Origin: an uncultured Alphaproteobacteria bacterium
Lineage (GTDB): Bacteria > Pseudomonadota > Alphaproteobacteria > HIMB59 > GCA-002718135
Assembly (NCBI GenBank): GCA_902596065.1
Contig: CACJSL010000002.1
Coordinates: 12,794 to 76,793 of the forward strand
Direction of reading: 5' to 3'
DNA length: 64,000 nucleotides
Part shown: piece after piece, positions 1 through 8,505 of the stretch
How positions within the stretch are numbered: the first letter of the stretch is position 1
How the letters are laid out: every line of letters starts with the position of its first letter
Notes under the pieces: generated by a model
The model's input: the letters and a program-made list of their open reading frames with translations, nothing else
Told to the model about the DNA's origin: nothing
Database searches by the model: none
Program-made: the position numbers and the translations under genes

Positions 1-192
1 ACAAGAGATAGAGAGAGAAAGTTAATTAACAAAATTGACTCTGCCTTAAAAAGAATTGAGGATGGAAGTTATGGATATTGCGATGAAACTGGAGAGCCAA
101 TAAGTATAAAAAGGCTAGAGGCAAGACCTGTTGCTACATTAAGTTTAGAAGCACAAGAAATGCATGAAAAAGCAGAAAAAAAATTAAATTAA
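1..192 (+). CDS. dksA: DksA/TraR-family RNA polymerase-binding regulator, C-terminal 63 codons (5' end outside window)
   Basis: Frame 1 is open from base 1 to TAA at 190-192. It is absent from the ORF track because it has no start. The tail ...RIEDGSYGYCDETGEPISIKRLEARPVATLSLEAQEMHEKAEKKLN matches, from memory, the DksA finger block GYCxxCGxxIxxxRLxARPxAxLCxxC, but three of the four Cys are replaced. Confidence 0.7.
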   Translation, partial: TRDRERKLINKIDSALKRIEDGSYGYCDETGEPISIKRLEARPVATLSLEAQEMHEKAEKKLN

Positions 193-216
193 ATATATTT
201 AAAGTATATAGTAAAT

Positions 217-414
217 TTGATGGTTGAAGAAAATAGAATGGATTTAACTCCAGGTAACTATGTAATTAACAAAAATAATAATGAATGGGGAATTGGTCAA
301 ATACAATCATCAATAGATAATAAAATTACAGTAAATTTTGAAAATGTTGGCAAAAAAGTTATCAATATAAACGAAATTAATTTAGAAGTTATAAATTATA
401 ATGACATTAGTTGA
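217..414 (+). CDS. Small conserved hypothetical protein (DUF3553-like)
   Basis: 65-codon ORF (TTG at 217, ATG at 220). The pattern G.YV.....EWGIGQIQS....KITVNFENVGKKVI resembles the small alphaproteobacterial DUF3553 family as I remember it. It overlaps the moaA start by 14 nt. Confidence 0.45.
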   Translation: MMVEENRMDLTPGNYVINKNNNEWGIGQIQSSIDNKITVNFENVGKKVININEINLEVINYNDIS

Positions 415-1393
415 TCAGTTCAGCAGAAAAATAAACTACCTGAGAGTTTCTGTAACAGATAGATGTGATCTTAGATGTGTTTACTGCATGAAAGAAAAAA
501 TGACTTTTTTACCAAAAAGTGAAATATTAACTCTAGAAGAAATTGAAAGACTTTGTGATAACTTTATTGAACTTGGGGTAAGTAAAATCAGAATTACTGG
601 TGGGGAGCCTTTAGTAAGAAAAGATATTATTGAATTAATAAAAAAACTAAATTTTAAAAAAAATAAAACTAATTTAAAAGAGATTACATTAACTTCAAAC
701 GGAACTTTATTAGCAAAGTATGCAAAAGAATTAAAAAAATTTGGAGTTAGTCGAATTAATATTTCTCTAGATACTATAGATCCAGACAAATATAAAGAAA
801 TTACAAGATTTGGAAATTTAGATAATGTAATCAAAGGTATCAAAGAAGCAATAAAGAATAAAATAAAAGTCAAAATAAATGTTGTAGCATTAAAAAATTT
901 TAATGAAAATGAATTAGAAAAATTGATAATTTGGGCCAACAAATTAAAAATAGATATAACTTTCATTGAAGTTATGCCAATGGAAGAAACAGGTATTGAT
1001 AGATATCATCAATTTATTTCATTAGATCAAACTTTTAATAAGCTTAATTCAATTTTTGAATTTAAAAAAATTGATAAGAATACTGGTGGTCCAGCTTTAT
1101 ATTATCAGAGCAAAAAATTATCTATAAATGTTGGTTTTATTACACCTTTAAGTAATAATTTCTGTTCGTCCTGTAATAGAATTAGAATTACAAGTACTGG
1201 AAAACTTTTTATGTGCCTAGGACAAAATGAATATATTGATTTTAGAGATATCTTAAGAAAAGATTATGGCGATGATTATATTAAAGAAAAAATTAATTAT
1301 GCTTTAAAAATTAAACCTAAAAGACATGATTTTTTAATTGAAGAAAATAATAAGCCTTATATTCAAAGACATATGAATGTTACAGGTGGATAA
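401..1393 (+). CDS. moaA: GTP 3',8-cyclase (molybdenum cofactor biosynthesis protein A), radical SAM
   Basis: 330 aa with the N-terminal radical-SAM motif CDLRCVYC, GGEPL, and a C-terminal second-cluster region CSSCNRIRITSTGKLFMCL typical of MoaA. Confidence 0.9.
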   Translation: MTLVDQFSRKINYLRVSVTDRCDLRCVYCMKEKMTFLPKSEILTLEEIERLCDNFIELGVSKIRITGGEPLVRKDIIELIKKLNFKKNKTNLKEITLTSNGTLLAKYAKELKKFGVSRINISLDTIDPDKYKEITRFGNLDNVIKGIKEAIKNKIKVKINVVALKNFNENELEKLIIWANKLKIDITFIEVMPMEETGIDRYHQFISLDQTFNKLNSIFEFKKIDKNTGGPALYYQSKKLSINVGFITPLSNNFCSSCNRIRITSTGKLFMCLGQNEYIDFRDILRKDYGDDYIKEKINYALKIKPKRHDFLIEENNKPYIQRHMNVTGG

Positions 1394-2151
1394 TGAAATT
1401 TTATTTTAGTAATTCAAAATCAAAAGAAGCGATAGAAGCTAAGGAATATTTAGTATCTAAATATGGACAAAATCAGCCTGAGGATGCAGATATAATAGTA
1501 CCAATAGGTGGAGATGGTTTTATGCTTAAAAATTTACATGACTTTCATCAATTAAATAAATCTTTCTTTGGTATAAATTGTGGTTCAGTAGGTTTTCTTA
1601 TGAACGCTAAAAATGATGAAGATTTAGAAATATTAGTAAAACAATCACATGAAACAATTTTATATCCTCTTCAAATGAATGCTACTGATAGTAACAATAA
1701 ATCTTTTAGTTCGATTGCATTTAATGAAGTTTCAATGATGAGACAAACTCATCAAGCCTCTAAAATTAAAATTAAGATAAATGAAATAGAACGAATTAAA
1801 GAACTTGTGTGTGATGGTGTATTAGTTGCAACTGCTGCAGGTAGTACTGCATATAATCTCTCAGCTCATGGAAGTATCATACCACTTAATTCTAATTTAC
1901 TAGCCTTAACTCCTATAAGTGCTTTTCGTCCTAGAAGATGGAGAGGTGCCCTATTACAACATAACACAAATATAAAATTTGAAGTTATTGATAATATTAA
2001 TAGACCTGTAAGCGTTACAGCAGATCATAGTGAATTTCGAAATATAGTAAAAGTTGATATTATTTCTTCTCAAAAAAGTTCTTGTAAAATACTTTTAGAC
2101 TCCAAACATTCAATGGAAGAAAGAGTATTAAAAGAACAATTCTATTCTTAA
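1393..2151 (+). CDS. nadK: NAD kinase
   Basis: 252 aa with the GGDGFML motif and the ATAAGSTAYNLSAHG block. The ATG overlaps the moaA stop (TAATG). Confidence 0.9.
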   Translation: MKFYFSNSKSKEAIEAKEYLVSKYGQNQPEDADIIVPIGGDGFMLKNLHDFHQLNKSFFGINCGSVGFLMNAKNDEDLEILVKQSHETILYPLQMNATDSNNKSFSSIAFNEVSMMRQTHQASKIKIKINEIERIKELVCDGVLVATAAGSTAYNLSAHGSIIPLNSNLLALTPISAFRPRRWRGALLQHNTNIKFEVIDNINRPVSVTADHSEFRNIVKVDIISSQKSSCKILLDSKHSMEERVLKEQFYS

Positions 2152-2155
2152 ATTT

Positions 2156-2533
2156 TTAATTTTCAGCAAACACGCAAATTTTATTTCCATCTAAATCTCT
2201 AAAATATCCATAATAATTTTCGCCGTGTCTAGGCCCAGGATCACCTTCATTTATTGCTCCAAGTTCTATAGCTTTTTTATGAATTTCATTAATCTTTTCT
2301 GGCGTTTGAGCATCAAATGAAATCATCGTTCCATTACCAATTGAAGCTTTATCTTTATTAAATGGGCTCATAATATAAAAATATGCTAACTTGTCTGTTT
2401 TTTCTTTTGCATACCCCACATATCTTCCTTCTTCTTCTTCAACTCTAATAATATCTAATATCTTTAAAATTTCATCATAAAAATCAGAACTTTTTTTTAA
2501 ATCATTAGTTCCTAAAGTTACAAATCTAATCAT
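2156..2533 (-). CDS. VOC (glyoxalase/bleomycin-resistance/dioxygenase) family protein
   Basis: 125 aa with the VOC-fold pattern (N-terminal F.TLGTNDL..S..FY, C-terminal YYGYFRDLDGNKI). Confidence 0.75.
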   Translation of the reverse strand: MIRFVTLGTNDLKKSSDFYDEILKILDIIRVEEEEGRYVGYAKEKTDKLAYFYIMSPFNKDKASIGNGTMISFDAQTPEKINEIHKKAIELGAINEGDPGPRHGENYYGYFRDLDGNKICVFAEN

Positions 2534-2560
2534 ATGAAAATAGGTTATTTAATTTTTTTT

Positions 2561-2645
2561 TGGTAGCCTCGGCCGGACTTGAACCGGCACTCCCAAAAGG
2601 GCAAGGATTTTAAGTCCTTTGTGTCTACCATTCCACCACGAGGCC
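2561..2645 (-). tRNA. tRNA-Leu (anticodon UAA), class II with long variable arm, CCA encoded
   Basis: The reverse complement reads GGCCTCGTGGTGGAATGGTAGACACAAAGGACTTAAAATCCTTGCCCTTTTGGGAGTGCCGGTTCAAGTCCGGCCGAGGCTACCA. Elements: 7-bp acceptor (G1:U72 wobble), anticodon stem AAGGA/TCCTT with loop CTTAAAA, long variable arm, T arm GCCGG-TTCAAGT-CCGGC. Ends are +/-1 nt. Confidence 0.9.
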
Positions 2646-2660
2646 AAATTTATGCATTTA

Positions 2661-3407
2661 TCAGACTATTGAACTTTTTCCACCTAATAATGAAATCATA
2701 CTTTGAATTTCTATGGAAATATCATCTAGGTTTTCAATTGTCCAAGAAGAAATAACAATATTTATACCTCCAACTTTTGTAATATAATTAAAAAAAGGAT
2801 AGCTACCTATACTGCATTCTTTAAATTTTTTTTGAATTTTTTCTAATTCTGTTGAAATAGCACTTTCGTATAAATTTGTATTAATTGTTATAATTTTTTT
2901 TGGAGGACCCTTTTGTATTTTTTCTAATAAACTAATGAACATTTTTTGCATGATTTCTGGAACACCTGGAAGCACATAGACATTTTTTACGATAAATCCT
3001 GGAGCTACAGTAAGAGGATTTTTTATTAATTTTGCATTCTCAGGCATTTTTGCCATTTTTTTTCTTCCTTCATTAAATTGACCGGCAGGATAATAATTTT
3101 CTAATATTTTGTAAGCCTCATCATGAAAGCAGTATTTTAAATTAAATGCTTCAGCAATACTTTCAGACGTTATATCGTCATGAGTTGGACCAATACCTCC
3201 TGTAGTAAAAACATAGTCATATTTTTTATGAAATTCTTTTATATTAATAATGATTGTTTCTTTACTATCATGAATAATCTTAATTTCTTCTAAAGAGATT
3301 CCTGATTCAGTAAGTTTTTTTGCTATAAAATTTGAATTTGTATCATGAGTTCTACCAGATAAAATCTCATCTCCTATTACCAATATTCCAGCTTTTAAAA
3401 TTGCCAT
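2661..3407 (-). CDS. CinA-like / MoCF-biosynthesis (molybdopterin-binding) domain protein
   Basis: 248 aa. The N-terminus AGILVIGDEILSGRTHDTNSNFIAKKL and GGIGPTHDDIT are typical of the MoaB/MogA-like domain of competence/damage-inducible CinA-type proteins. Confidence 0.75.
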   Translation of the reverse strand: MAILKAGILVIGDEILSGRTHDTNSNFIAKKLTESGISLEEIKIIHDSKETIIINIKEFHKKYDYVFTTGGIGPTHDDITSESIAEAFNLKYCFHDEAYKILENYYPAGQFNEGRKKMAKMPENAKLIKNPLTVAPGFIVKNVYVLPGVPEIMQKMFISLLEKIQKGPPKKIITINTNLYESAISTELEKIQKKFKECSIGSYPFFNYITKVGGINIVISSWTIENLDDISIEIQSMISLLGGKSSIV

Positions 3408-3496
3408 TATTGCTTTTATACATTTAATGAGATCAATTAAATATATATCTGATATCTATTTCATAGTTTTAAATATTAGTATAAAAGTAACTTTTA

Positions 3497-4291
3497 ATGC
3501 AATCTAATCATATACCTATTTACACATCTAAAGATTTTGAAGGTATGAGAAAAGCTGGTTCTCTAGCAGCAAAAATATTAGATCAATTACAATCGTTTGT
3601 TAAACCTGGTATTTCTACTTTAGAAATTAATGATTTTTGTCATGAAATAATCATTGAAAATGAAGCTATTCCTGCACCTTTAAATTATAAAGGTTTCCCT
3701 AAATCAGTTTGCACATCTGTTAATCATGTTGTGTGTCATGGCATTCCTAATGATCAAAAAATATTAAAAGATAATGATATAATTAATGTTGATGTCACTG
3801 TTATTTTAGATGGATGGTATGGTGATAGCTCAAGAATGTATGTTGCAGGATCAATAAACAATAAAATTTATTCTCTATTAAAAACAACATATGAGTGTTT
3901 GCTTATTGGCATTGAAAATGCATTGCCTGGTAAGCATTTAGGCGACATAGGATATGAAATACAAAATCATGCAGAAAAAAATCATTACTCAGTTGTAAGA
4001 GATTTTTGTGGACACGGAATAGGAAAGGAATTTCACACTCCTCCAAGTGTTTTGCATTATGGCAATATTGGCGAAGGGCCAATATTAAAACCAGGAATGT
4101 TTTTTACAATTGAACCAATGATAAACTTGGGAGATTGGAGAACAAAAATATTAAATGATGGTTGGACAGCTGTTACAAAAGACAAATCTTTGTCTGCTCA
4201 ATTTGAACATACAATTGGTATTACTGAAAAAGGTAATGAAATATTTACTCTTTCTCATAATAATTCCGATTTTCCAATAAATCCTTTATAA
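3497..4291 (+). CDS. map: Methionine aminopeptidase, type I
   Basis: 264 aa with VCHGIP, DVTVILDGWYGDSSRMY, FCGHGIG and EPMIN/FEHT blocks carrying the MetAP metal ligands. Confidence 0.95.
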   Translation: MQSNHIPIYTSKDFEGMRKAGSLAAKILDQLQSFVKPGISTLEINDFCHEIIIENEAIPAPLNYKGFPKSVCTSVNHVVCHGIPNDQKILKDNDIINVDVTVILDGWYGDSSRMYVAGSINNKIYSLLKTTYECLLIGIENALPGKHLGDIGYEIQNHAEKNHYSVVRDFCGHGIGKEFHTPPSVLHYGNIGEGPILKPGMFFTIEPMINLGDWRTKILNDGWTAVTKDKSLSAQFEHTIGITEKGNEIFTLSHNNSDFPINPL

Positions 4292-4298
4292 GAGCTTA

Positions 4299-5594
4299 AT
4301 GATTCCAAGATATAATAGACCTGTAATTCAATCTATATGGTCAGATGAAAATAAATTTAAAATTTGGACTGAAATTGAATGCTTGATAGCTGAAAAACTC
4401 TCTGAACTTGGTGACATACCAAATAAAGCGGCAGAAGATATAAGAAAAAAAGCAAAATTTAATATTGATGAAATTAAAGAAATTGAAAAAGAAACAAAAC
4501 ATGATGTTGTTGCTTATATAAATAATGTTAGTTCCTATATAGGTGAAAATTCTAAATATTTTCACTTTGGGGTAACTTCAAGTGACATTATCGATACTGG
4601 ATTTTCTCTTCAGTTAAAACAAACAGCTGAAATTATTACTGAGCAGTTAAAAAAATTAATAAATAATTTAAAACAAAAATCTATTGAGCACAAATATACT
4701 TTTATGATTGGCAGAAGTCATGGTGTGCATGCTGAACAGATTTCATTTGGTTTAAAAATGGGTTCTTTTTACTTTGAATTTTTAAGAAATTTAAAAAGAT
4801 TAGAAATTGCCAAAGAGGAAATTTCAATTTGTTCTATTTCTGGACCAGTTGGAACTTATAATTCAATAGACCCTAGAATAGAAGAGTATGTTGCAAAAAA
4901 ATTAAATTTAAAAACTGAGGATATCTCAACTCAAGTTATACCAAGAGATAGACATGCATTTTATTTTTCTACGTTGGGAATAATTGCCTCATCAATTGAA
5001 AGACTAGTTATCGAAATAAGACATTTACAAAGAACTGAAATTTTAGAAGTGGAAGAATTTTTTAGTTCAGGTCAAAAAGGTTCTTCAGCAATGCCTCATA
5101 AAAGAAATCCAATTTTAAGTGAAAATTTAACTGGTTTAGCTAGATACATAAGAAGTGCTACTATTCCCACAATGGAGAATATAGCTTTGTGGCACGAAAG
5201 AGACATAAGTCATTCTAGTGTAGAAAGAATACTTGCACCTGATATTAATATTGCTATGGATTTTGCTTTAAATAGACTTTCAAACATTATTGAAAATTTA
5301 GTTGTTTACCCAGAAAATATGGAAAAAAATCTTAATAGCTTAGGAGGACTTCACAAAAGCCAAGATATTTTAAAAGCACTTATAAAAAAGGGGCTTTCAC
5401 GTCAAGATGCATATTTAAATGTACAATCTTTGTGTACAAAAGCTTGGAATACAAAAGAAAAATTTATAGAAATATTGTTAAAAGATAATAAGATAAATGA
5501 ATATCTAAATGAGAAAGAGATAACAAAGCTTTTAACAAATGATGATATAAAAGAAAGTATTGATTGGATTTATAAAAATAAATTTAAAATTTAA
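4299..5594 (+). CDS. purB: Adenylosuccinate lyase
   Basis: 431 aa with the fumarate-lyase signature SSAMPHKRNP and an N-terminus MIPRYNRP..IWSDENKF typical of PurB. Confidence 0.95.
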   Translation: MIPRYNRPVIQSIWSDENKFKIWTEIECLIAEKLSELGDIPNKAAEDIRKKAKFNIDEIKEIEKETKHDVVAYINNVSSYIGENSKYFHFGVTSSDIIDTGFSLQLKQTAEIITEQLKKLINNLKQKSIEHKYTFMIGRSHGVHAEQISFGLKMGSFYFEFLRNLKRLEIAKEEISICSISGPVGTYNSIDPRIEEYVAKKLNLKTEDISTQVIPRDRHAFYFSTLGIIASSIERLVIEIRHLQRTEILEVEEFFSSGQKGSSAMPHKRNPILSENLTGLARYIRSATIPTMENIALWHERDISHSSVERILAPDINIAMDFALNRLSNIIENLVVYPENMEKNLNSLGGLHKSQDILKALIKKGLSRQDAYLNVQSLCTKAWNTKEKFIEILLKDNKINEYLNEKEITKLLTNDDIKESIDWIYKNKFKI

Positions 5595-5637
5595 TTCTTA
5601 CTTTTCTTTTGAAGACAAATACTTTATTTAATATTTA

Positions 5638-5868
5638 ATGCCTCTAGAAAAAAAAATAATTGAAGAACTGATTAAAAACTCTATTCCTGACGCTAAAGTA
5701 ATAATTGAGGATTTAAGAGGTGATGGGGATCATTATAGTGCTACAGTTATTTCAAAAACTTTTGATGGAAAAAGTAAAATAGAGCAACATAAAATGGTAT
5801 ATAACTCTTTAGAAGGTAAAATGGGTAAGGAATTACATGCGTTAATGCTTAAAACAAAAATGGAGTAA
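5638..5868 (+). CDS. BolA family protein
   Basis: 76 aa of BolA-like size and pattern (...DGDHYSATVIS..F.GKS.I.QHKMVY..L). It lies directly upstream of a monothiol glutaredoxin, the usual BolA-Grx pairing. Confidence 0.8.
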   Translation: MPLEKKIIEELIKNSIPDAKVIIEDLRGDGDHYSATVISKTFDGKSKIEQHKMVYNSLEGKMGKELHALMLKTKME

Positions 5869-5871
5869 AAT

Positions 5872-6216
5872 ATGAATGATATTAATATTGATGTTACAGA
5901 GAGTATAAACAATGAATTAAATAATAATGATGTTGTTTTATTTATGAAAGGAACTCCTGATTTTCCTATGTGTGGATTCTCAGCTGCTACTGTTCAAGTT
6001 TTAAAAAACCTAGGTATCAACTTTAATAGTGTTAATGTTTTAGATAGTAATGATATGAGAGAAGGAATAAAAAAATTTTCTGATTGGCCCACTATTCCTC
6101 AATTATATGTTAAAAAAGAATTTATTGGTGGATGTGATATTGTTAAGGAAATGTATGAAAGTGGAGAACTTCTAGAATTATTAAATTCAAGAGGAATACA
6201 AGTTAACCCTTCTTAA
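5872..6216 (+). CDS. grxD: Monothiol glutaredoxin (Grx4 family)
   Basis: 114 aa with the CGFS active site in [17 protein letters not shown], followed by [17 protein letters not shown]. Confidence 0.9.
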   Translation: MNDINIDVTESINNELNNNDVVLFMKGTPDFPMCGFSAATVQVLKNLGINFNSVNVLDSNDMREGIKKFSDWPTIPQLYVKKEFIGGCDIVKEMYESGELLELLNSRGIQVNPS

Positions 6217-6218
6217 TT

Positions 6219-7124
6219 TTGAGAAAAAATAATCTTTTAAAAGGAATTTTTTTTACTTCATTTGCTTCTACTTTTTGGGGAATCCCTCAGCCTTTAATTT
6301 TTAATCAAATAAAATATATTCCAGCAATAGAAGTAGTTAGTCACCGAGCTTTGTGGTCTTTTATATTTCTTTTTCTTATAATTACATTCATTGGAAAAAT
6401 TAAAGATTTTTTTTTATTATTCTATTCTTATAAAATTCTAATCATTTTAAGTATTAGTGCTATTTTAATTTCAATTAATTGGATAGGCTTTATTTTTGCC
6501 GTAAGTTTTAATAGAATTCAAGATGCATCAATGGGTTATTTTTTAACTCCTCTAGTAAGTATTAGTTTAGGATATTTTTTTTTAAATGAAAAAATATCAA
6601 AAGCTAAATTCATATCTATCTTATTAATGCTTTCTGCAATATTTTTTTTAATTATTAGCTTAAAAACTTTGCCTATACTTGCTATTGTAATTGGAACTTC
6701 ATGGGGACTATATGGTTTATTAAAGAAAAAAATAAATATTTCATCTGAAATAGGTCTTTTATATGAATCATTTTTAATATCTATTTTAGCTTTGCCATAT
6801 ATAATTTATATCGATTATATTAACTTGGGATTTTTTCTAAATGAATCAACTAATACAAATTATTTATTAATTTTAACAGGTGCAATAACTGTATTTCCTT
6901 TATTTTTATTTAATCAAGGTGTAAAATTTATTACATTGGGTTTTGCAGGAGTTATTTTTTATCTAGCTCCTACTCTTCATTTCTTTACTTCAGTATTTAT
7001 TTTAAATGAAACTTTGAGTTTATCTAAACTTATTGCTTTTATAATAATTTGGATTGGAGTATTAGTTTTTATTATAGATGTTTTGAAAAATGAAAATAAA
7101 TCTATCGAGAATAATACTCAATAA
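6219..7124 (+). CDS. rarD: EamA/RarD-type drug/metabolite transporter (10 TMS)
   Basis: 301 aa, hydrophobic throughout, with a duplicated EamA-like architecture. TTG start 2 nt after the grxD stop. The RarD assignment is from overall pattern only. Confidence 0.7.
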   Translation: MRKNNLLKGIFFTSFASTFWGIPQPLIFNQIKYIPAIEVVSHRALWSFIFLFLIITFIGKIKDFFLLFYSYKILIILSISAILISINWIGFIFAVSFNRIQDASMGYFLTPLVSISLGYFFLNEKISKAKFISILLMLSAIFFLIISLKTLPILAIVIGTSWGLYGLLKKKINISSEIGLLYESFLISILALPYIIYIDYINLGFFLNESTNTNYLLILTGAITVFPLFLFNQGVKFITLGFAGVIFYLAPTLHFFTSVFILNETLSLSKLIAFIIIWIGVLVFIIDVLKNENKSIENNTQ

Positions 7125-7722
7125 CTAGATTAGGCTCCATAGTTACTGGATAAGGTACATCATGAATTAATGGGGCTCTTAAAAATCTACCTTTAAATTC
7201 TTTTATATCAACTTCAAGGTACTCAGGTATTTCTCTTTCTTGAGAAACAATTGCTTCTTGAACCAAATTCATCTCTTTTGATTTGTCTTTTAAAGAAATT
7301 TCATCGCCATCTTTAACAGTATATGATGGAATATTAACTCTTTTTCCATTTACTTTAACATGTCCATGATTAACAAATTGTCTGGCAGAAAAAATTGTTG
7401 GTACAAATTTCATTCTATAGACAATAGCATCAAGCCTTCTTTCTAAAAGTTCAATTAAAATTTCACTAGTATCACCTTTAATATTAGATGCTTTATGATA
7501 TATGCGTCTAAATTGTTTTTCTGTTAAATCGCCATAATAAAAACGTAGTTTTTGTTTAGCAAATAATTGATTTCCGTAATCAGATAATTTTCTTCTTTGA
7601 CCTGACACACCATGTTGGCCTGGTCTAGAGTTTCTATTATTATATGGACTTTTTGGTCTGCCCCAAAGATTACAACCTAATCTACGGTCTATTTTGTATT
7701 TAGCAGCTATTCTTTTTGTCAT
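7102..7722 (-). CDS. rpsD: 30S ribosomal protein S4
   Basis: [28 protein letters not shown]... plus the S4 RNA-binding domain ([11 protein letters not shown]...[16 protein letters not shown]). I place the start at the ATG 7720-7722. The 14-codon extension in the ORF track begins at a TTG that is part of a TTGACA -35 box. Confidence 0.95.
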   Translation of the reverse strand: MTKRIAAKYKIDRRLGCNLWGRPKSPYNNRNSRPGQHGVSGQRRKLSDYGNQLFAKQKLRFYYGDLTEKQFRRIYHKASNIKGDTSEILIELLERRLDAIVYRMKFVPTIFSARQFVNHGHVKVNGKRVNIPSYTVKDGDEISLKDKSKEMNLVQEAIVSQEREIPEYLEVDIKEFKGRFLRAPLIHDVPYPVTMEPNLVIEYYSR

Positions 7723-7736
7723 ATATATCTCGCGGA

Positions 7737-7764
7737 TATATAGAGATATAATCTTACATGTCAA
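7737..7764 (-). promoter_or_regulatory. Candidate sigma-70 promoter of rpsD (TTGACA-16 nt-TATATA)
   Basis: The minus strand reads TTGACA (7764-7759), tgtaagattatatctc (16 nt), TATATA (7742-7737). The ATG is 15 nt further on, implying a very short leader. Confidence 0.45.
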
Positions 7765-7786
7765 TTCTATATTATTAAATATTTGA

Positions 7787-8503
7787 CTATTTTCTTAGCT
7801 TTTTTATCATTCCCCAAAGAGTTTGAATTTCAATTTTACTTAAAGAAGACCTTAAAAACAATGTTTGTATATTTTCAAACATTTTTTTATTTTTATTTTT
7901 TGGGTGTAAAAAACCTACTTCTTCTAATTCATCTTTTAAAAAATTCATAAAGTATAAAAAATCTTTATTTGAAGCTTTTTTTTCAATTATTATATTTTTA
8001 TTATTTAATCTCTTATTTTTTTGAAAAAAATCTCTCCAACAATAACACATTAATAAAACAGCATGTGATAAATTTAAAGATTGATTAGATTTTGATGTAT
8101 CAATTGTGAAGATTATATCTGCTAGCATCAAATCTTGATTAGATAGACCAGAGTTTTCAGGTCCAAAAACTATAGCTACCTTTTTAGTTTTAGGAAAATT
8201 TGTAAATAACCTATTCACATTACTAAGACTTGGCTTATTTAAAAATCTTCTTCTATTTGAAGTAGCTACAACATAACTAAAACTTTCTAATGCATTATCT
8301 AAATCATTATAAACCTTAGCATTTAGAATAATTTTTTTAGAATTAGCAGAAGATTTTATAGCTAAGTTATTTGGCCACCCTTCTCTAGGATTAACAATTA
8401 ATAATTTATTTAATCCAAAATTGTCCATAGCTCTTGCAACCATGCCAATATTTTCTGGGAGTTGAGGCTTAACTAAAACTATAGAAGGTTTAATAATTTT
8501 CAC
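7787..8503 (-). CDS. SpoU/TrmH-family (TrmJ-like) RNA 2'-O-methyltransferase
   Basis: 238 aa with an N-terminal SPOUT domain: [43 protein letters not shown]. Confidence 0.8.
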   Translation of the reverse strand: MKIIKPSIVLVKPQLPENIGMVARAMDNFGLNKLLIVNPREGWPNNLAIKSSANSKKIILNAKVYNDLDNALESFSYVVATSNRRRFLNKPSLSNVNRLFTNFPKTKKVAIVFGPENSGLSNQDLMLADIIFTIDTSKSNQSLNLSHAVLLMCYCWRDFFQKNKRLNNKNIIIEKKASNKDFLYFMNFLKDELEEVGFLHPKNKNKKMFENIQTLFLRSSLSKIEIQTLWGMIKKLRK

Positions 8504-8505
8504 AA

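Noticed and set aside
481-966. 161-aa ORF antisense to moaA
   Set aside because: It lies entirely inside the moaA frame, which has clear radical-SAM motifs. The antisense product is low-complexity (Phe/Ile/Leu/Ser-rich), as expected from the complement of Lys/Asn/Glu-rich coding sequence.
1047-1061. ATTCAA-ttt-TTGAAT inside moaA, a look-alike of the regulon palindrome
   Set aside because: The half-sites are in the opposite (outward) order with 3-nt spacing. It lies in coding sequence and has no start codon in register. I have not exhaustively scanned all coding sequence for further look-alikes.
2534-2660. tRNA-Leu as a genomic-island integration site
   Set aside because: There is no integrase, no direct repeat of the tRNA 3' end and no compositional break on either side. 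The flanking genes are ordinary housekeeping genes.
7722-7742. Hairpin TATATATC-tcgcg-GATATATA overlapping the rpsD start, considered as an S4 autoregulatory structure
   Set aside because: If the TTGACA/TATATA promoter is correct, transcription starts inside the 5' arm, so the hairpin would not exist in the mRNA. The stem is also almost pure A/T.
7723-7764. 14-codon N-terminal extension of rpsD, and similar TTG-initiated extensions at 15627-15662, 17961-17975, 20628-20663 and 20644-20682
   Set aside because: The extensions start at TTG codons chosen only because the frame is open. Conserved N-termini begin at the internal ATGs, and the extra sequence coincides with promoter or operator elements.
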